31,912 nt of DNA from a virus (lineage: Duplodnaviria; Caudoviricetes), in the IMG/VR virus record IMGVR_UViG_3300032227_000840, positions 1-31,912 of that record; one strand, given 5' to 3'. Shown here piece by piece: positions 15,580 to 24,220 of this stretch. The translations under genes were made by a program, and so were the position numbers. The notes beneath the pieces are model-generated. The model saw only the letters and a program-made list of their open reading frames with translations. It was not told the origin of the DNA and made no database searches. How positions within the stretch are numbered: the stretch's first letter is position 1; the number at the start of each line of letters is the position of its first letter.

Positions 15580-15950
15580 CGACCGCCGCCGCCGCAACCG
15601 CCGCAGCCGACAAGGAACACGGCCTCCTCGACCAGGTCTACGTGTTCATCGAGACCGCGAAGGCCCGGGCCGCCGACGGCCTGACGTGGGGCGAGTTCGG
15701 CGAGCTCCTGCTCGCCATGCTCCGTCTCGTCGTGCCGTTCCTCGACAACGTGAAGGCCATGTCGGGCCCCGAGAAAAAGGAGTTCGCGCTGGACGCTGTC
15801 GGTCGGCTCTTCGACGCGGTCGCCGACTACGCGATCCCGGCCACCGTCTACCCGATCTGGATCTTCGCACGGCCCGCCGTCCGGACGCTCGTCCTGGCGA
15901 TCGCAGGCGGCGTCCTCGAGCAGTATCTCTCCGTCCTCCGCGGCAGGTGA
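15576..15950 (+). CDS. Hypothetical, likely membrane-associated protein
   Basis: ATGA coupling; hydrophobic C-terminus VYPIWIFARPAVRTLVLAIAGGVLE. Confidence 0.7.
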   Translation: MTTAAAATAAADKEHGLLDQVYVFIETAKARAADGLTWGEFGELLLAMLRLVVPFLDNVKAMSGPEKKEFALDAVGRLFDAVADYAIPATVYPIWIFARPAVRTLVLAIAGGVLEQYLSVLRGR

Positions 15951-15954
15951 TGCG

Positions 15955-16239
15955 ATGCCGATCCCTGTCGTCGATCAGATCAGAACGCTCCACGCGTGGT
16001 CACCGCTCCTCGGCTACATGCGGAGGATCTCGACCACGATCGACGCCCGTGAGCGGGCCGTGGTCCTCGGTGACCTGGCCGAGTGGCTCGCGGAGAAGAC
16101 GAACACGAAGTTCGACGACCGGCTCGCCTCGCGGGTCGCCGCCGTCCTGAAGACACCCGAAGGCGTCGAGCTCGTCCGAGAGTTCGTCGCCATCGCTGAC
16201 CAGATCGCCGACACCATGCCACAGGAGACCGACTCGTGA
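15955..16239 (+). CDS. Hypothetical protein
   Basis: 94-aa helical ORF within the operon. Confidence 0.7.
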   Translation: MPIPVVDQIRTLHAWSPLLGYMRRISTTIDARERAVVLGDLAEWLAEKTNTKFDDRLASRVAAVLKTPEGVELVREFVAIADQIADTMPQETDS

Positions 16240-16475
16240 TTCAGTACGCCCAGGCCGCCGTGGGAATCGCCCTTGTCGCCTACGCCCTCTACCTCGTCAT
16301 CCAGTGGGCCCGCGGGCTCCGCGCCTTCGGCTCGTCCTCGAAGATCCCGACCGACGACGTTCGGATCGTGAGCGACCTCGCGACCCGGCTCCGAGAGCAG
16401 GGGAAAACCCCGGCCGTCTCCATCGCTCTCCAACTCCACGCCGAGCTGCTGAAGCCCGAGGAGCCGAAGGTATGA
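16236..16475 (+). CDS. Small membrane protein
   Basis: AGGAG RBS, GTG start, one N-terminal TM helix. Confidence 0.7.
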   Translation: MIQYAQAAVGIALVAYALYLVIQWARGLRAFGSSSKIPTDDVRIVSDLATRLREQGKTPAVSIALQLHAELLKPEEPKV

Positions 16476-16852
16476 GACCGCTCGTCCTTCTCGCTGCCGG
16501 CCTGTTCCTGCTCGCGGGTCCGCTGCCGGCGATCCCGTGGCCCGTGTCTATCGTGACGGCTCCAGCCGCCGCGACGGCCGCGGTCTACGTCTACGAGAAG
16601 GACCAGACCGCCGTGCCGACCGGCGTCGTCGTGGGGCTGAACCGACTGAACCGCGACCGCGGGATCGTCGCGACGCTCCTCGAGGCCGACACGGTCGACG
16701 GCACGGGCGAGATCCCCGAGCAGTACCGGCCGGCCCTGGCGGCCGCGCAGGTCGACGGCCTGCCCGCCCTTGTCGTCCTGTCGGGCTCGACGGTCCTGTC
16801 GATCGTGAAGGCCCCGACCGACCCCGACGCGATCGCGAGGGCAGTCCCATGA
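16472..16852 (+). CDS. Secreted/membrane-anchored protein
   Basis: MRPLVLLAAGLFLLAG signal-like N-terminus; ATGA coupling. Confidence 0.7.
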   Translation: MRPLVLLAAGLFLLAGPLPAIPWPVSIVTAPAAATAAVYVYEKDQTAVPTGVVVGLNRLNRDRGIVATLLEADTVDGTGEIPEQYRPALAAAQVDGLPALVVLSGSTVLSIVKAPTDPDAIARAVP

Positions 16853-17721
16853 TCGACCCGAAGCTGATCGACTACTTCCCTGACGAACACGACGGCTACC
16901 CCGACCACCTGGCGGCCGAGGACACCGACGACGTTCTCCGCGACGCCTGCGGCAACGCGGCCCGCGAGTTCCCCGACTCGCTCTGGATCGAGCCGCGGGA
17001 CTGGGCCGACGCGGCCCGCGACAATGATCGGTACGACACATGGCCGATCAACTTCATCGACCGATACACGAACCAGAATCCCACCCACGAATGCACCTGC
17101 CACAGTCTGCGCGCGAACATGGAAGCGGCCCGCAACCGCGCTCGGTCGGTGATCTTCGAGGACGGCCCGAAGAAGGCCTACCGCTACGGCGAGTCGTCGC
17201 TATTCGGCTCGGTCTGGCTGTCGCCTCTCTCAGTCTACGCCGAAGCGAATCCCGACCGCTGGGGCGGGGCGAACGTCCGAGCGGTCCTGGAGATCGCTGT
17301 CCGCCGCGGGATGCTGCCCGACACGATCCAGCCGGCCGAGTACCACTTCGCCCACACGCTTACCGGCACGAGCGGCGAGGGCAACTCGAACCAGTCCGGC
17401 GGGCAGTGGGTCTCGGTCTCGCGGTTCCCCGAAGGCTGGCAGGAAACGGCCCGCCACTTCCGGCCCCTCGAGGTGATCTTCCCGAAGAGCTACGAGCAGG
17501 CCGTCTGCTGTGTCCTCCGCGGTCTCGTCGTGAGCGTGGGCCGCCGCGGCCATGCTGTGCCGTGGTCTCGGTGGGTCGCCGATAAGCGGCTGATGGCCTA
17601 CCCCGACTCATACAACGTCACGCGCTACGACTCCGACAAGACCGCACGCTCCGCGTGGCGTGGCTCGTTCGCGATCGCGACCGTCACACTCCCCGACGAC
17701 TGGAGCCGGCCCGCCGGATGA
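16849..17721 (+). CDS. Papain-like (C1-type) cysteine peptidase
   Basis: NQNPTHECTCHS (oxyanion Gln and catalytic Cys), LSPLSVY, GHAV (His), and PDSY in the place of NSW. Confidence 0.65.
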   Translation: MIDPKLIDYFPDEHDGYPDHLAAEDTDDVLRDACGNAAREFPDSLWIEPRDWADAARDNDRYDTWPINFIDRYTNQNPTHECTCHSLRANMEAARNRARSVIFEDGPKKAYRYGESSLFGSVWLSPLSVYAEANPDRWGGANVRAVLEIAVRRGMLPDTIQPAEYHFAHTLTGTSGEGNSNQSGGQWVSVSRFPEGWQETARHFRPLEVIFPKSYEQAVCCVLRGLVVSVGRRGHAVPWSRWVADKRLMAYPDSYNVTRYDSDKTARSAWRGSFAIATVTLPDDWSRPAG

Positions 17722-17724
17722 ATC

Positions 17725-18495
17725 ATGCGGTCCGCCATCGTCTGGATGATCTTCGCGGCGTCAGCCCTCGCGGCTGACTGCGGCGTCTGCCAAGGTACGC
17801 GGACCGTCGGCCGGGTGCCGCTGTTCTATCCGTGCCAGGCCTGCCAGGGGACCGGAACGACGGCCGACATTCCGTCAGAAAAAACTAGCAGTATTCCTGA
17901 CCGAAAGCCGGGCCAGCCGCGGCCGTCCGTCTGCCGCGTCGTCTGCGGAGTCGGAGCTTCGCTCGAATGTAGTAGCGGCGTCCTCGTTCGCGTCAGTGGC
18001 ACGTCGGGCCTGGTCCTCACCGCGTGGCACTGTGTCCGCAGCAACCGTGACGCGGTCGACGTGTCGTTCCCGGACGGGCTGACAACCCGGGCCCGCGTTG
18101 TCGCGTGGGACCAGGACTGGGACCTCGCGGCCCTGGTCGTCGGCAGGCCAGACGCCGAGCCCGTGGCGATCGCCGCCCAGGCCCCGCGGCTCGGTGACCC
18201 GCTGACGATCGCCGGCTACGGCCCGGCCGGCGTCTACCGCGAGCAGACCGGGAAGGTGACCGACTACGGGTCACCAACCCGGAAACATCCAGCCCAGTTC
18301 GTCGAGCTCGAAGGGGCCGCCCGGCATGGCGACTCCGGCGGACCGATCTTCGACCAGGCCGGAGAGCTTGCCGGCGTCCTGTTCGGGGCCGCCCGGAACC
18401 GGACGATCGGATCCTGCTCGACGCGGATCGCCCTGTTCCTGGCCGAGGCCGACCGGAAGGCACCGGTCGCGACGCTCTGCGAGGTGCAACCGTGA
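17725..18495 (+). CDS. Trypsin-like serine protease with signal peptide and CxxCxG zinc motifs
   Basis: LTAWHC, WDLAAL and GDSGGP triad motifs; MRSAIVWMIFAASALA signal; CGVCQG and CQACQG. Confidence 0.92.
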   Translation: MRSAIVWMIFAASALAADCGVCQGTRTVGRVPLFYPCQACQGTGTTADIPSEKTSSIPDRKPGQPRPSVCRVVCGVGASLECSSGVLVRVSGTSGLVLTAWHCVRSNRDAVDVSFPDGLTTRARVVAWDQDWDLAALVVGRPDAEPVAIAAQAPRLGDPLTIAGYGPAGVYREQTGKVTDYGSPTRKHPAQFVELEGAARHGDSGGPIFDQAGELAGVLFGAARNRTIGSCSTRIALFLAEADRKAPVATLCEVQP

Positions 18496-18815
18496 CCGAC
18501 CTTGAGCAGGCTCGCGAGGAAGTCTGGCAGGCCCTGGCCGATCGTCCGCTGCGGCGGTCGATGCTCGGCCGCGAGCGGTGCGACGCGCTCGTCCGCGTCG
18601 CCCTGTCGCAGCTCGACGCCGTCGAGGGCGAGCTCGCCGCCGGATGGTGCGATCACCAGGTCGACACGATCCGACGCCGCGTCGAGCGGCGTGTCCGGAC
18701 CGTCTACGCCGAACAATGCGGAATAGCGTTCATGACGTTGATCCTCGTCTGGGCGATCTCGGCGATCGTCCAGGCCCTCGTGATTCGGTGGCTCAACAGT
18801 AGGAGCGGATCGTGA
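18492..18815 (+). CDS. Membrane protein (C-terminal TM)
   Basis: IAFMTLILVWAISAIVQALVI; GAGG RBS. Confidence 0.7.
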   Translation: MTDLEQAREEVWQALADRPLRRSMLGRERCDALVRVALSQLDAVEGELAAGWCDHQVDTIRRRVERRVRTVYAEQCGIAFMTLILVWAISAIVQALVIRWLNSRSGS

Positions 18816-19111
18816 CGCGAAGCGAAATCGTCGAGGCCCTCGGTCCGACCGGGGCGATCATGAACGCGATCGGGATCCCCGCCGGGGTCCTGGCCGTGGT
18901 CCTCTGGATGTTCTGGACCGCCTGCTCGTCACTTCACGAGACCGTGGTCGTCCCTATCGTCGAGAGCCACACCGAGTACCTCCAGCAAACATCGGCGACG
19001 CTCCGCTCGCTCGGCGAGACTCAGGTCCGCCAGGCCGAGACGCTCCAGGAGATCGCGGCCGGGCAGCGCGAGATCATCACGCGGATCGGATCCGCGGGCC
19101 CTGACCGCTGA
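18812..19111 (+). CDS. Membrane protein with coiled coil (holin-like candidate)
   Basis: IGIPAGVLAVVLWMFW TM segment, then a Gln-rich heptad region; AGGAG RBS. Confidence 0.65.
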   Translation: MTRSEIVEALGPTGAIMNAIGIPAGVLAVVLWMFWTACSSLHETVVVPIVESHTEYLQQTSATLRSLGETQVRQAETLQEIAAGQREIITRIGSAGPDR

Positions 19112-19135
19112 CCGTCCTACCGTAGAACGCTCCGC

Positions 19136-19166
19136 GAGATTCTGCCGCGGCGGCCTCTCATATCGT
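19136..19166 (+). promoter_or_regulatory. Putative late promoter motif, copy 3
   Basis: GAGATTC-N18-TATCGT upstream of the major capsid gene. Confidence 0.55.
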
Positions 19167-19210
19167 GATGTGCGGTAAGGACACCACACAGACACACGAA
19201 GGGACTCCCC

Positions 19211-20437
19211 ATGCCGTCGCCCAAGCTCGCCCGCCTCCAGGATGACGCCGCCAAGGTCGCCGCCGAGATCACCGATCTCCGCGCAGTCGAGCCGGCCGAC
19301 GATTCCGAGCGAACCCGGATCGAGGAGCGGCTCGCGTCCCTGTCGGAGCAGTCCGACACGATCTCGAATGAAGCGGCCGCCGAGCGAGCCCTCGACGAGA
19401 AGGTCGCCAGCCTCCGCACGGTCACCGAGTCGGCCAGCTCGCCGAAGCCGGCCGAAGTGGCCCAGGCCGAGGACTTCTCGCGGCCCGACATTCGGGCCGG
19501 CGTTCGAGCGTTCCGCTCGGCGAAGGTCGCGGCCGATGTCGGCGAGTTCCTGGTCCGTCTCGCCAGCGGCGAGAAGCGGGCCATGGGCGAGACCGTCAGC
19601 GGCTACGGTGACTCCTACGTCGTGACCGAGCTCTACGACGCGATCGTCAACCGGCTCCAGTACCAGTCGGTCGCGATGCAGCTCGCGAGCGTGTTCCGGC
19701 CCCGAGGCCAGAGCATCAACCTCCCGAAGAGCGGCGAGTTCACGGTTGCGTATGCCGCCGAGAACGCGGCGTTCACCGACCAGGACCTGTCGACCAGCGG
19801 CCCGACGCTGACCCTCTACGAGGCCGGCGGCTCGGTCGCGGTGTCGAACGCCCTCCTGAACGACTCGCCGATCGACGTGGCTGGTCTGCTCGTCGACCGG
19901 ATGTCCTACGGGTTCGCTACCTGGTATGACCAGAAGTGGCTCACCGGCAACGCGTCATCGCCGACGATCTCCGGCCTCCCGGCCGCGGTCGCCGCGATCG
20001 CGAGCAACCCCAACACCGTGACCGTGGCTCTCAACGCCTCGACGACCGCCGCGAACCTCGCGGACGTGGTCGGGAAGGTGGACGAAAGCATCATGGGAAC
20101 CGGCGCGTGGGTGGCTTCAAAAGCCGGCTACGTCGACCTGATGAAGCTGTGGGCAGCCCAACAGACGACCATGACGGTCGGTGGCGGTCGGGTCGTCCCG
20201 ACGGTCTACGGTGCTCCGGTCTACCTCGCCAAGGGTATGCCGGCGACCACGCTCGCCCTCTACGGTGACTTCTCGAAGTCGACCGCGGTCGGCCTTGCTG
20301 CCGAAGGGATCCAGATCACGGTCGCGAAGGAGCTGCTCGTCCGCAGCCGTCAGACGCTCTTCGTCGGATCCAGCCGCCTCGGCGTGCTGAATCACGGCCC
20401 CGAGTTCGTCGGTCGGCTGGCGAAGGCGACCTCCTGA
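19211..20437 (+). CDS. Major capsid protein, HK97 fold, with N-terminal delta (scaffold) domain
   Basis: Coiled-coil N-terminus; AYAAEN, VSNALLNDSPID, LTGN, TVYGAPV and YGDFS motifs. Confidence 0.9.
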   Translation: MPSPKLARLQDDAAKVAAEITDLRAVEPADDSERTRIEERLASLSEQSDTISNEAAAERALDEKVASLRTVTESASSPKPAEVAQAEDFSRPDIRAGVRAFRSAKVAADVGEFLVRLASGEKRAMGETVSGYGDSYVVTELYDAIVNRLQYQSVAMQLASVFRPRGQSINLPKSGEFTVAYAAENAAFTDQDLSTSGPTLTLYEAGGSVAVSNALLNDSPIDVAGLLVDRMSYGFATWYDQKWLTGNASSPTISGLPAAVAAIASNPNTVTVALNASTTAANLADVVGKVDESIMGTGAWVASKAGYVDLMKLWAAQQTTMTVGGGRVVPTVYGAPVYLAKGMPATTLALYGDFSKSTAVGLAAEGIQITVAKELLVRSRQTLFVGSSRLGVLNHGPEFVGRLAKATS

Positions 20438-20457
20438 TCCGTGTCGATGTGATTCTC

Positions 20458-20500
20458 GGGGGCCGGGGCTGGCAGGGATGCCGGCCCCGGCTCTCTCTCT
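20458..20500 (+). terminator. Hairpin terminator candidate after the capsid gene
   Basis: GGGGGCCGGGGCTGGCA-GGGA-TGCCGGCCCCGGCTCTC followed by a TC-rich tract. Confidence 0.6.
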
Positions 20501-20522
20501 ATAGGGACCTCCGGAGGCGAGC

Positions 20523-21083
20523 ATGGCGAAGCCCGACACGATCCGCGTCCTTCAATGGCCTATCGTCGAGCCTGTCACGCTCACCGACGCGAAGGCTCAG
20601 GTGTCGCTCGCCCAGGACCAGACGGAACACGATCGGTTCCTCCTCGACAAGGTTGCCGCGGCCCGCCGGCTGGTCGAGAGCCGGCTCTCGGTGACACTCG
20701 TCGCGACACAGTATCGGGCGACCTGGAGGACGGGCGGGAAGATCCTCCACCTGCCGGCTCCGCCCGTGCTGATCTCCGCGACCTATCCGATCACGATCAC
20801 GGTCGACGGGACTGCCCTGTCGGCGTCCGACTACGAGGTCGACCAGGACGCGTTCCCGGCTATCGTCACGCTCGACAATGAGACGACCGAGAAGATCGTC
20901 GTCACCTACTGGGCAGGCGTCGCTCCGGGCGGCGTGATCGAGCCCATGGTCCGCTCGGCGATCCTGGCCTATGTGAACCACCAGTTCGAGAACCGCGGCC
21001 TGTTGAACACCGAAGGCGGCGGCGAGCTGCCCCAGGCCTTCGAGACGCTCCTCGCGGCCAGCTCGTGGAACGGAGGCTGGTAA
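20523..21083 (+). CDS. Head-tail connector (HK97 gp6/SPP1 gp15-like)
   Basis: EPVTLTDAKAQV..AARRLVE..AILAYVNHQFENR. Confidence 0.85.
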   Translation: MAKPDTIRVLQWPIVEPVTLTDAKAQVSLAQDQTEHDRFLLDKVAAARRLVESRLSVTLVATQYRATWRTGGKILHLPAPPVLISATYPITITVDGTALSASDYEVDQDAFPAIVTLDNETTEKIVVTYWAGVAPGGVIEPMVRSAILAYVNHQFENRGLLNTEGGGELPQAFETLLAASSWNGGW

Positions 21084-21415
21084 TGGCACGAGCTGCCGGC
21101 CGCTATCGCGAGGTCTTCGTCCTGGAGCGACCCGTCCGCAGCCGCAACGCGGCCGGCGGGACCGTCGAGACCTGGGAGACGGTCGCGACGATCTTCGGCT
21201 CCTACGAGGCAACGACCTACAACGAGCAGGCCCGACGCGGGCAGGTCGGCGGCGGGATCTCGGCCACGGTCTACACGCGTTACCGCTCCGGGCTGGCAGG
21301 TGACCAGCGGCTCCGCTGGCTCGCTCGCGGCGGCAGGCTGCTCTACATCTCGGCCGTCGTCGAGCAGGGGAACCGCGAGGACCTCGAGCTGACCGTCGAG
21401 GAGCAGGTCGCATGA
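21083..21415 (+). CDS. Head closure protein (SPP1 gp16-like)
   Basis: AGRYRE..RNAAGG..ETW..TRYR..RL..LYISAV pattern; TAATG coupling. Confidence 0.85.
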   Translation: MARAAGRYREVFVLERPVRSRNAAGGTVETWETVATIFGSYEATTYNEQARRGQVGGGISATVYTRYRSGLAGDQRLRWLARGGRLLYISAVVEQGNREDLELTVEEQVA

Positions 21416-21954
21416 TCTCTCTCTCCTGGAGCGACATGGGAGGCCAGGTCGGCGAGCTGATGCGGCGCTACAACGAGCTGCCGCGCAGTGTCGCGAAGAA
21501 GCATCTACAGGCCGCCATGAAGCGGGCAGGCAAGGACGCTGTGAAGATCCTGAAGGCGAACACGCCGAAGGGCGGCGGCCGCCGCGTGAAGGCTGCCGTC
21601 GTTCGCGGCGAGCTGAAGGAGAACTACAAGCGACGTGGCGGATCGCTCCGAAAGGCTGCGACGTTCACCGCGAAATACATCGGCCGGAATAAGGACGGCA
21701 GCGTGATCGGAGTCGTCGGCTACAAGTACGGTTTCGAGTCGCGAAAAGCGATCTGGCTGGAGTTCGGTACGAGTCGCGGGATCGAGCCGCGAAAGATCAT
21801 CGATAAAACGCTCGCGGCCTCACGATCGGTCGTCCTCGCCAAGCTAGAGGTCGAAATGGCTGCGGCCCTCGACAAGGCCGTCGCCGAGGCAAACTCGCCT
21901 ATGCGACCAGGCATGTCGAAACGCGGTCTCGCGGCCGGCGTCGCCCCACGATAG
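21412..21954 (+). CDS. HK97 gp10-like neck/tail-completion protein
   Basis: Basic protein with WLEFGT motif; expected gene position. Confidence 0.75.
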   Translation: MISLSWSDMGGQVGELMRRYNELPRSVAKKHLQAAMKRAGKDAVKILKANTPKGGGRRVKAAVVRGELKENYKRRGGSLRKAATFTAKYIGRNKDGSVIGVVGYKYGFESRKAIWLEFGTSRGIEPRKIIDKTLAASRSVVLAKLEVEMAAALDKAVAEANSPMRPGMSKRGLAAGVAPR

Positions 21955-21961
21955 GAAAAAC

Positions 21962-22375
21962 ATGAGCACCCCGCACGTCTGGCTAAAGGAAGCGATCGAG
22001 GACGCCACGTCGGCCACGGCCTGGCCGGTCGGTATGACCGGCACCCAGTCGCCTCCCTTCACGATCTACGCTCGCGAGGCGACGAGCCGCGAGCAGGTCC
22101 TCGCCGACACGTTCGACGACACCCCGTCCGCCGACCAGGTGAACCCGGTCGCCCGGTTCCTGGTGGCGGTCTACGCCGACGACTACGTCCAGGCTTGGAC
22201 GCTCGCCGGCCAGATCACCGCGGCGATCCACAAGTTCGCCGGCACCGCCGACGGGACGACGGTCGAACACTGCCTGGTTCTCGACGAGCGAGACGGCCAG
22301 CCCGACTACCTCGAGGGCCGTGAGACGCCGACCTACACGGTCGAGCTGTCCGTCGAGATCCGCTGGGCCGAGTGA
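21962..22375 (+). CDS. Tail terminator-like protein
   Basis: Acidic, 137 aa, PPFTIY motif; position after the gp10-like gene. Confidence 0.65.
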   Translation: MSTPHVWLKEAIEDATSATAWPVGMTGTQSPPFTIYAREATSREQVLADTFDDTPSADQVNPVARFLVAVYADDYVQAWTLAGQITAAIHKFAGTADGTTVEHCLVLDERDGQPDYLEGRETPTYTVELSVEIRWAE

Positions 22376-22404
22376 GATTCGCCCCGCTACGACGGCCATA
22401 AAAT
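22374..22404 (+). promoter_or_regulatory. Putative late promoter motif, copy 4
   Basis: GAGATTC-N18-TAAAAT upstream of the tail-tube-like genes. Confidence 0.55.
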
Positions 22405-22431
22405 CGACCACGCCCGACACAGGAGCAGACC

Positions 22432-22773
22432 ATGCCGATCTCCACGCTGACCTCGCCAGGCCCGACGATCCCGTCCGGCGCGAAGACGATCTCCCTAAAG
22501 GATATCGAGACGGCCGGCGCGACCGCGAAGGAGGACGTGACGGTCCTCGGGGACTCGACGAGACAGTATGCGGCCCCTCCGCTGATCGAAGGCGGGACGA
22601 AGACCGCCACGAAGACATGCAGCGTCTCCGGAAATCTGAAGTCGGACACGACGCTCGCGATCACGGCGGCCGCCACGACGACCGGCTGGATCTGTGAGAG
22701 CTACGAGAAGAGCTACGAGGTCGGCAAGTACGCCACATGGTCTGCCGAGTTCTCGTTCTACCCGGCCTCGTAA
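22432..22773 (+). CDS. Short tail-tube-like protein 1
   Basis: AGGAG RBS; EDVTVLGD..YAAP motif, C-terminal VGKYATWSAEF; tube position. Confidence 0.5.
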   Translation: MPISTLTSPGPTIPSGAKTISLKDIETAGATAKEDVTVLGDSTRQYAAPPLIEGGTKTATKTCSVSGNLKSDTTLAITAAATTTGWICESYEKSYEVGKYATWSAEFSFYPAS

Positions 22774-22788
22774 CCAGGAGCAGACGAC

Positions 22789-23154
22789 GTGCCAGCAGCA
22801 ACATTCACCAGCTCGCAGGGTTTCAACGCGTTCGGCGTTTCCGGCGCGACGAAGGTCTCCGTGAAGGTCTCGCGGAAGGCTGACGTGACGCCGCAGCTCG
22901 ACGCCTCGACGCTTTCGATCGCCCACGGCGGGACGCGGGTCTACGAAAACGGCCTGACGGACTACGGCCAAAACGGAAACACCGGCGCGATCGTCACTGT
23001 CACGATCGAGGGCCTCGGGTCAACGAAGCCCACGAAAGGGACGATGATCACGGCCGAAGACGTCGTCTGTAAGTGCATGGACTCCACGAGCGACGACGCG
23101 GTCGGAGAGCTGAAGAAGTGGACCGCCAACTACACGAGCGACTACGCGGCCTGA
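22789..23154 (+). CDS. Short tail-tube-like protein 2
   Basis: AGGAG RBS, GTG start; LDASTL..YENGLTD, VGELKKWTANY. Confidence 0.5.
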   Translation: MPAATFTSSQGFNAFGVSGATKVSVKVSRKADVTPQLDASTLSIAHGGTRVYENGLTDYGQNGNTGAIVTVTIEGLGSTKPTKGTMITAEDVVCKCMDSTSDDAVGELKKWTANYTSDYAA

Positions 23155-23172
23155 CCGTAGGAGGCCGACTCG

Positions 23173-23559
23173 ATGCCGACTCCTTCGTCGCAGGGCTCGA
23201 CCTGCTCGTTCAACGGGCAGAATCTTGGCAGGATCACTCGCTGGCGAGTCTCCCCTGGCTCCGCCGTGTTCGTCGAGAAGACGAACATCACGAGCGAGGT
23301 CGTCGGCTATGGGCCGAACGCCAGGATCGTGAAGGTATACGACTGCATCGCAATTGATCCGGGGACGGTCGAGGTCACACTTTACGGATGCCCTCCCTAT
23401 GTGAATGCCGACATCGGGTTTCGCTCCAGTGTGTCGGTATTCGGGGATGGCGTGTCGCTGACGAAGCCGGCCTACCTTGAGTCGTTCGATGTGACCGGCA
23501 GCGTCGGCGAGTTCCTGGTCGGACAGGCAGTCTTCAAACTCACAGGTGAAGGATCATGA
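23173..23559 (+). CDS. Short tail-tube-like protein 3
   Basis: AGGAGG RBS; SQGSTCSFNG, IDPGTVEV, VGEFLVGQAVFKLTG. Confidence 0.5.
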   Translation: MPTPSSQGSTCSFNGQNLGRITRWRVSPGSAVFVEKTNITSEVVGYGPNARIVKVYDCIAIDPGTVEVTLYGCPPYVNADIGFRSSVSVFGDGVSLTKPAYLESFDVTGSVGEFLVGQAVFKLTGEGS

Positions 23560-23915
23560 GCGCCCTCGACACTACGCCCGATGTCGTGACCATCACGCCG
23601 CCCGGAACGATCGACGCGGTCTACCTGCGGTCGCCCACGTTCCGCGAGTGGCACGAGCTGGTCAACGCCCACGGCGACCTGATCAAGCCGGACGGCACGG
23701 CCGGCCGGGCCTCGGCTGCCCTGATCGCGAAGACGCTCACAACCTGCGTCTGCGATGTGAACGGCAAGCCCTGCGGCCTGGCGGCCGAGAAGGTCCTCGC
23801 GGCGAATCACGCGGTCGTGATGTGGATCTACGACCAGTGCTGGAAGACCGTCCTCCGGAGCGGCGAGCAGGTCGTTCAGGATCACGAAAAAAACTCCGAA
23901 GCCGGTCAGGACTGA
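23556..23915 (+). CDS. Tail assembly chaperone (gpG-like)
   Basis: Position before the tape measure gene; ends EKN at a slippery site. Confidence 0.75.
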   Translation: MSALDTTPDVVTITPPGTIDAVYLRSPTFREWHELVNAHGDLIKPDGTAGRASAALIAKTLTTCVCDVNGKPCGLAAEKVLAANHAVVMWIYDQCWKTVLRSGEQVVQDHEKNSEAGQD

Positions 23916-24217
23916 CGGAACGCTTCCTGTACCGGCTGGCAGCACACCTGAAGATCCCGAAGGTCGAGGAATGGAAACACGAAGTAACGATCGACCAGGT
24001 CCATCGGTGGATGGCTTACTACCGCGCCGAGCCATTCGGGGAGGACTGGCTCAGGACGGCACGCGGGACGCTGTTCACGGCGATGGCGTTCGGGGCCAAG
24101 CCCGACGAAGGATTCGTTGATGTGTTCCTGCCGAACTATGACCCGGAACGAGAAATGACTCAGGACGAGATCGACGCGAAGATCGCCGCCTGGGCGGCGC
24201 AGCAAACGAGAGGCTAA
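23888..24217 (+). CDS. Tail assembly chaperone -1 frameshift extension (gpGT-like)
   Basis: A AAA AAC at 23888-23894. The -1 frame (KKLRSRSGLTERFLYRLA..WMAYYRAEPFG) is open to 24217. Confidence 0.8.
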   Translation, partial: KKLRSRSGLTERFLYRLAAHLKIPKVEEWKHEVTIDQVHRWMAYYRAEPFGEDWLRTARGTLFTAMAFGAKPDEGFVDVFLPNYDPEREMTQDEIDAKIAAWAAQQTRG

Positions 24218-24220
24218 GAC

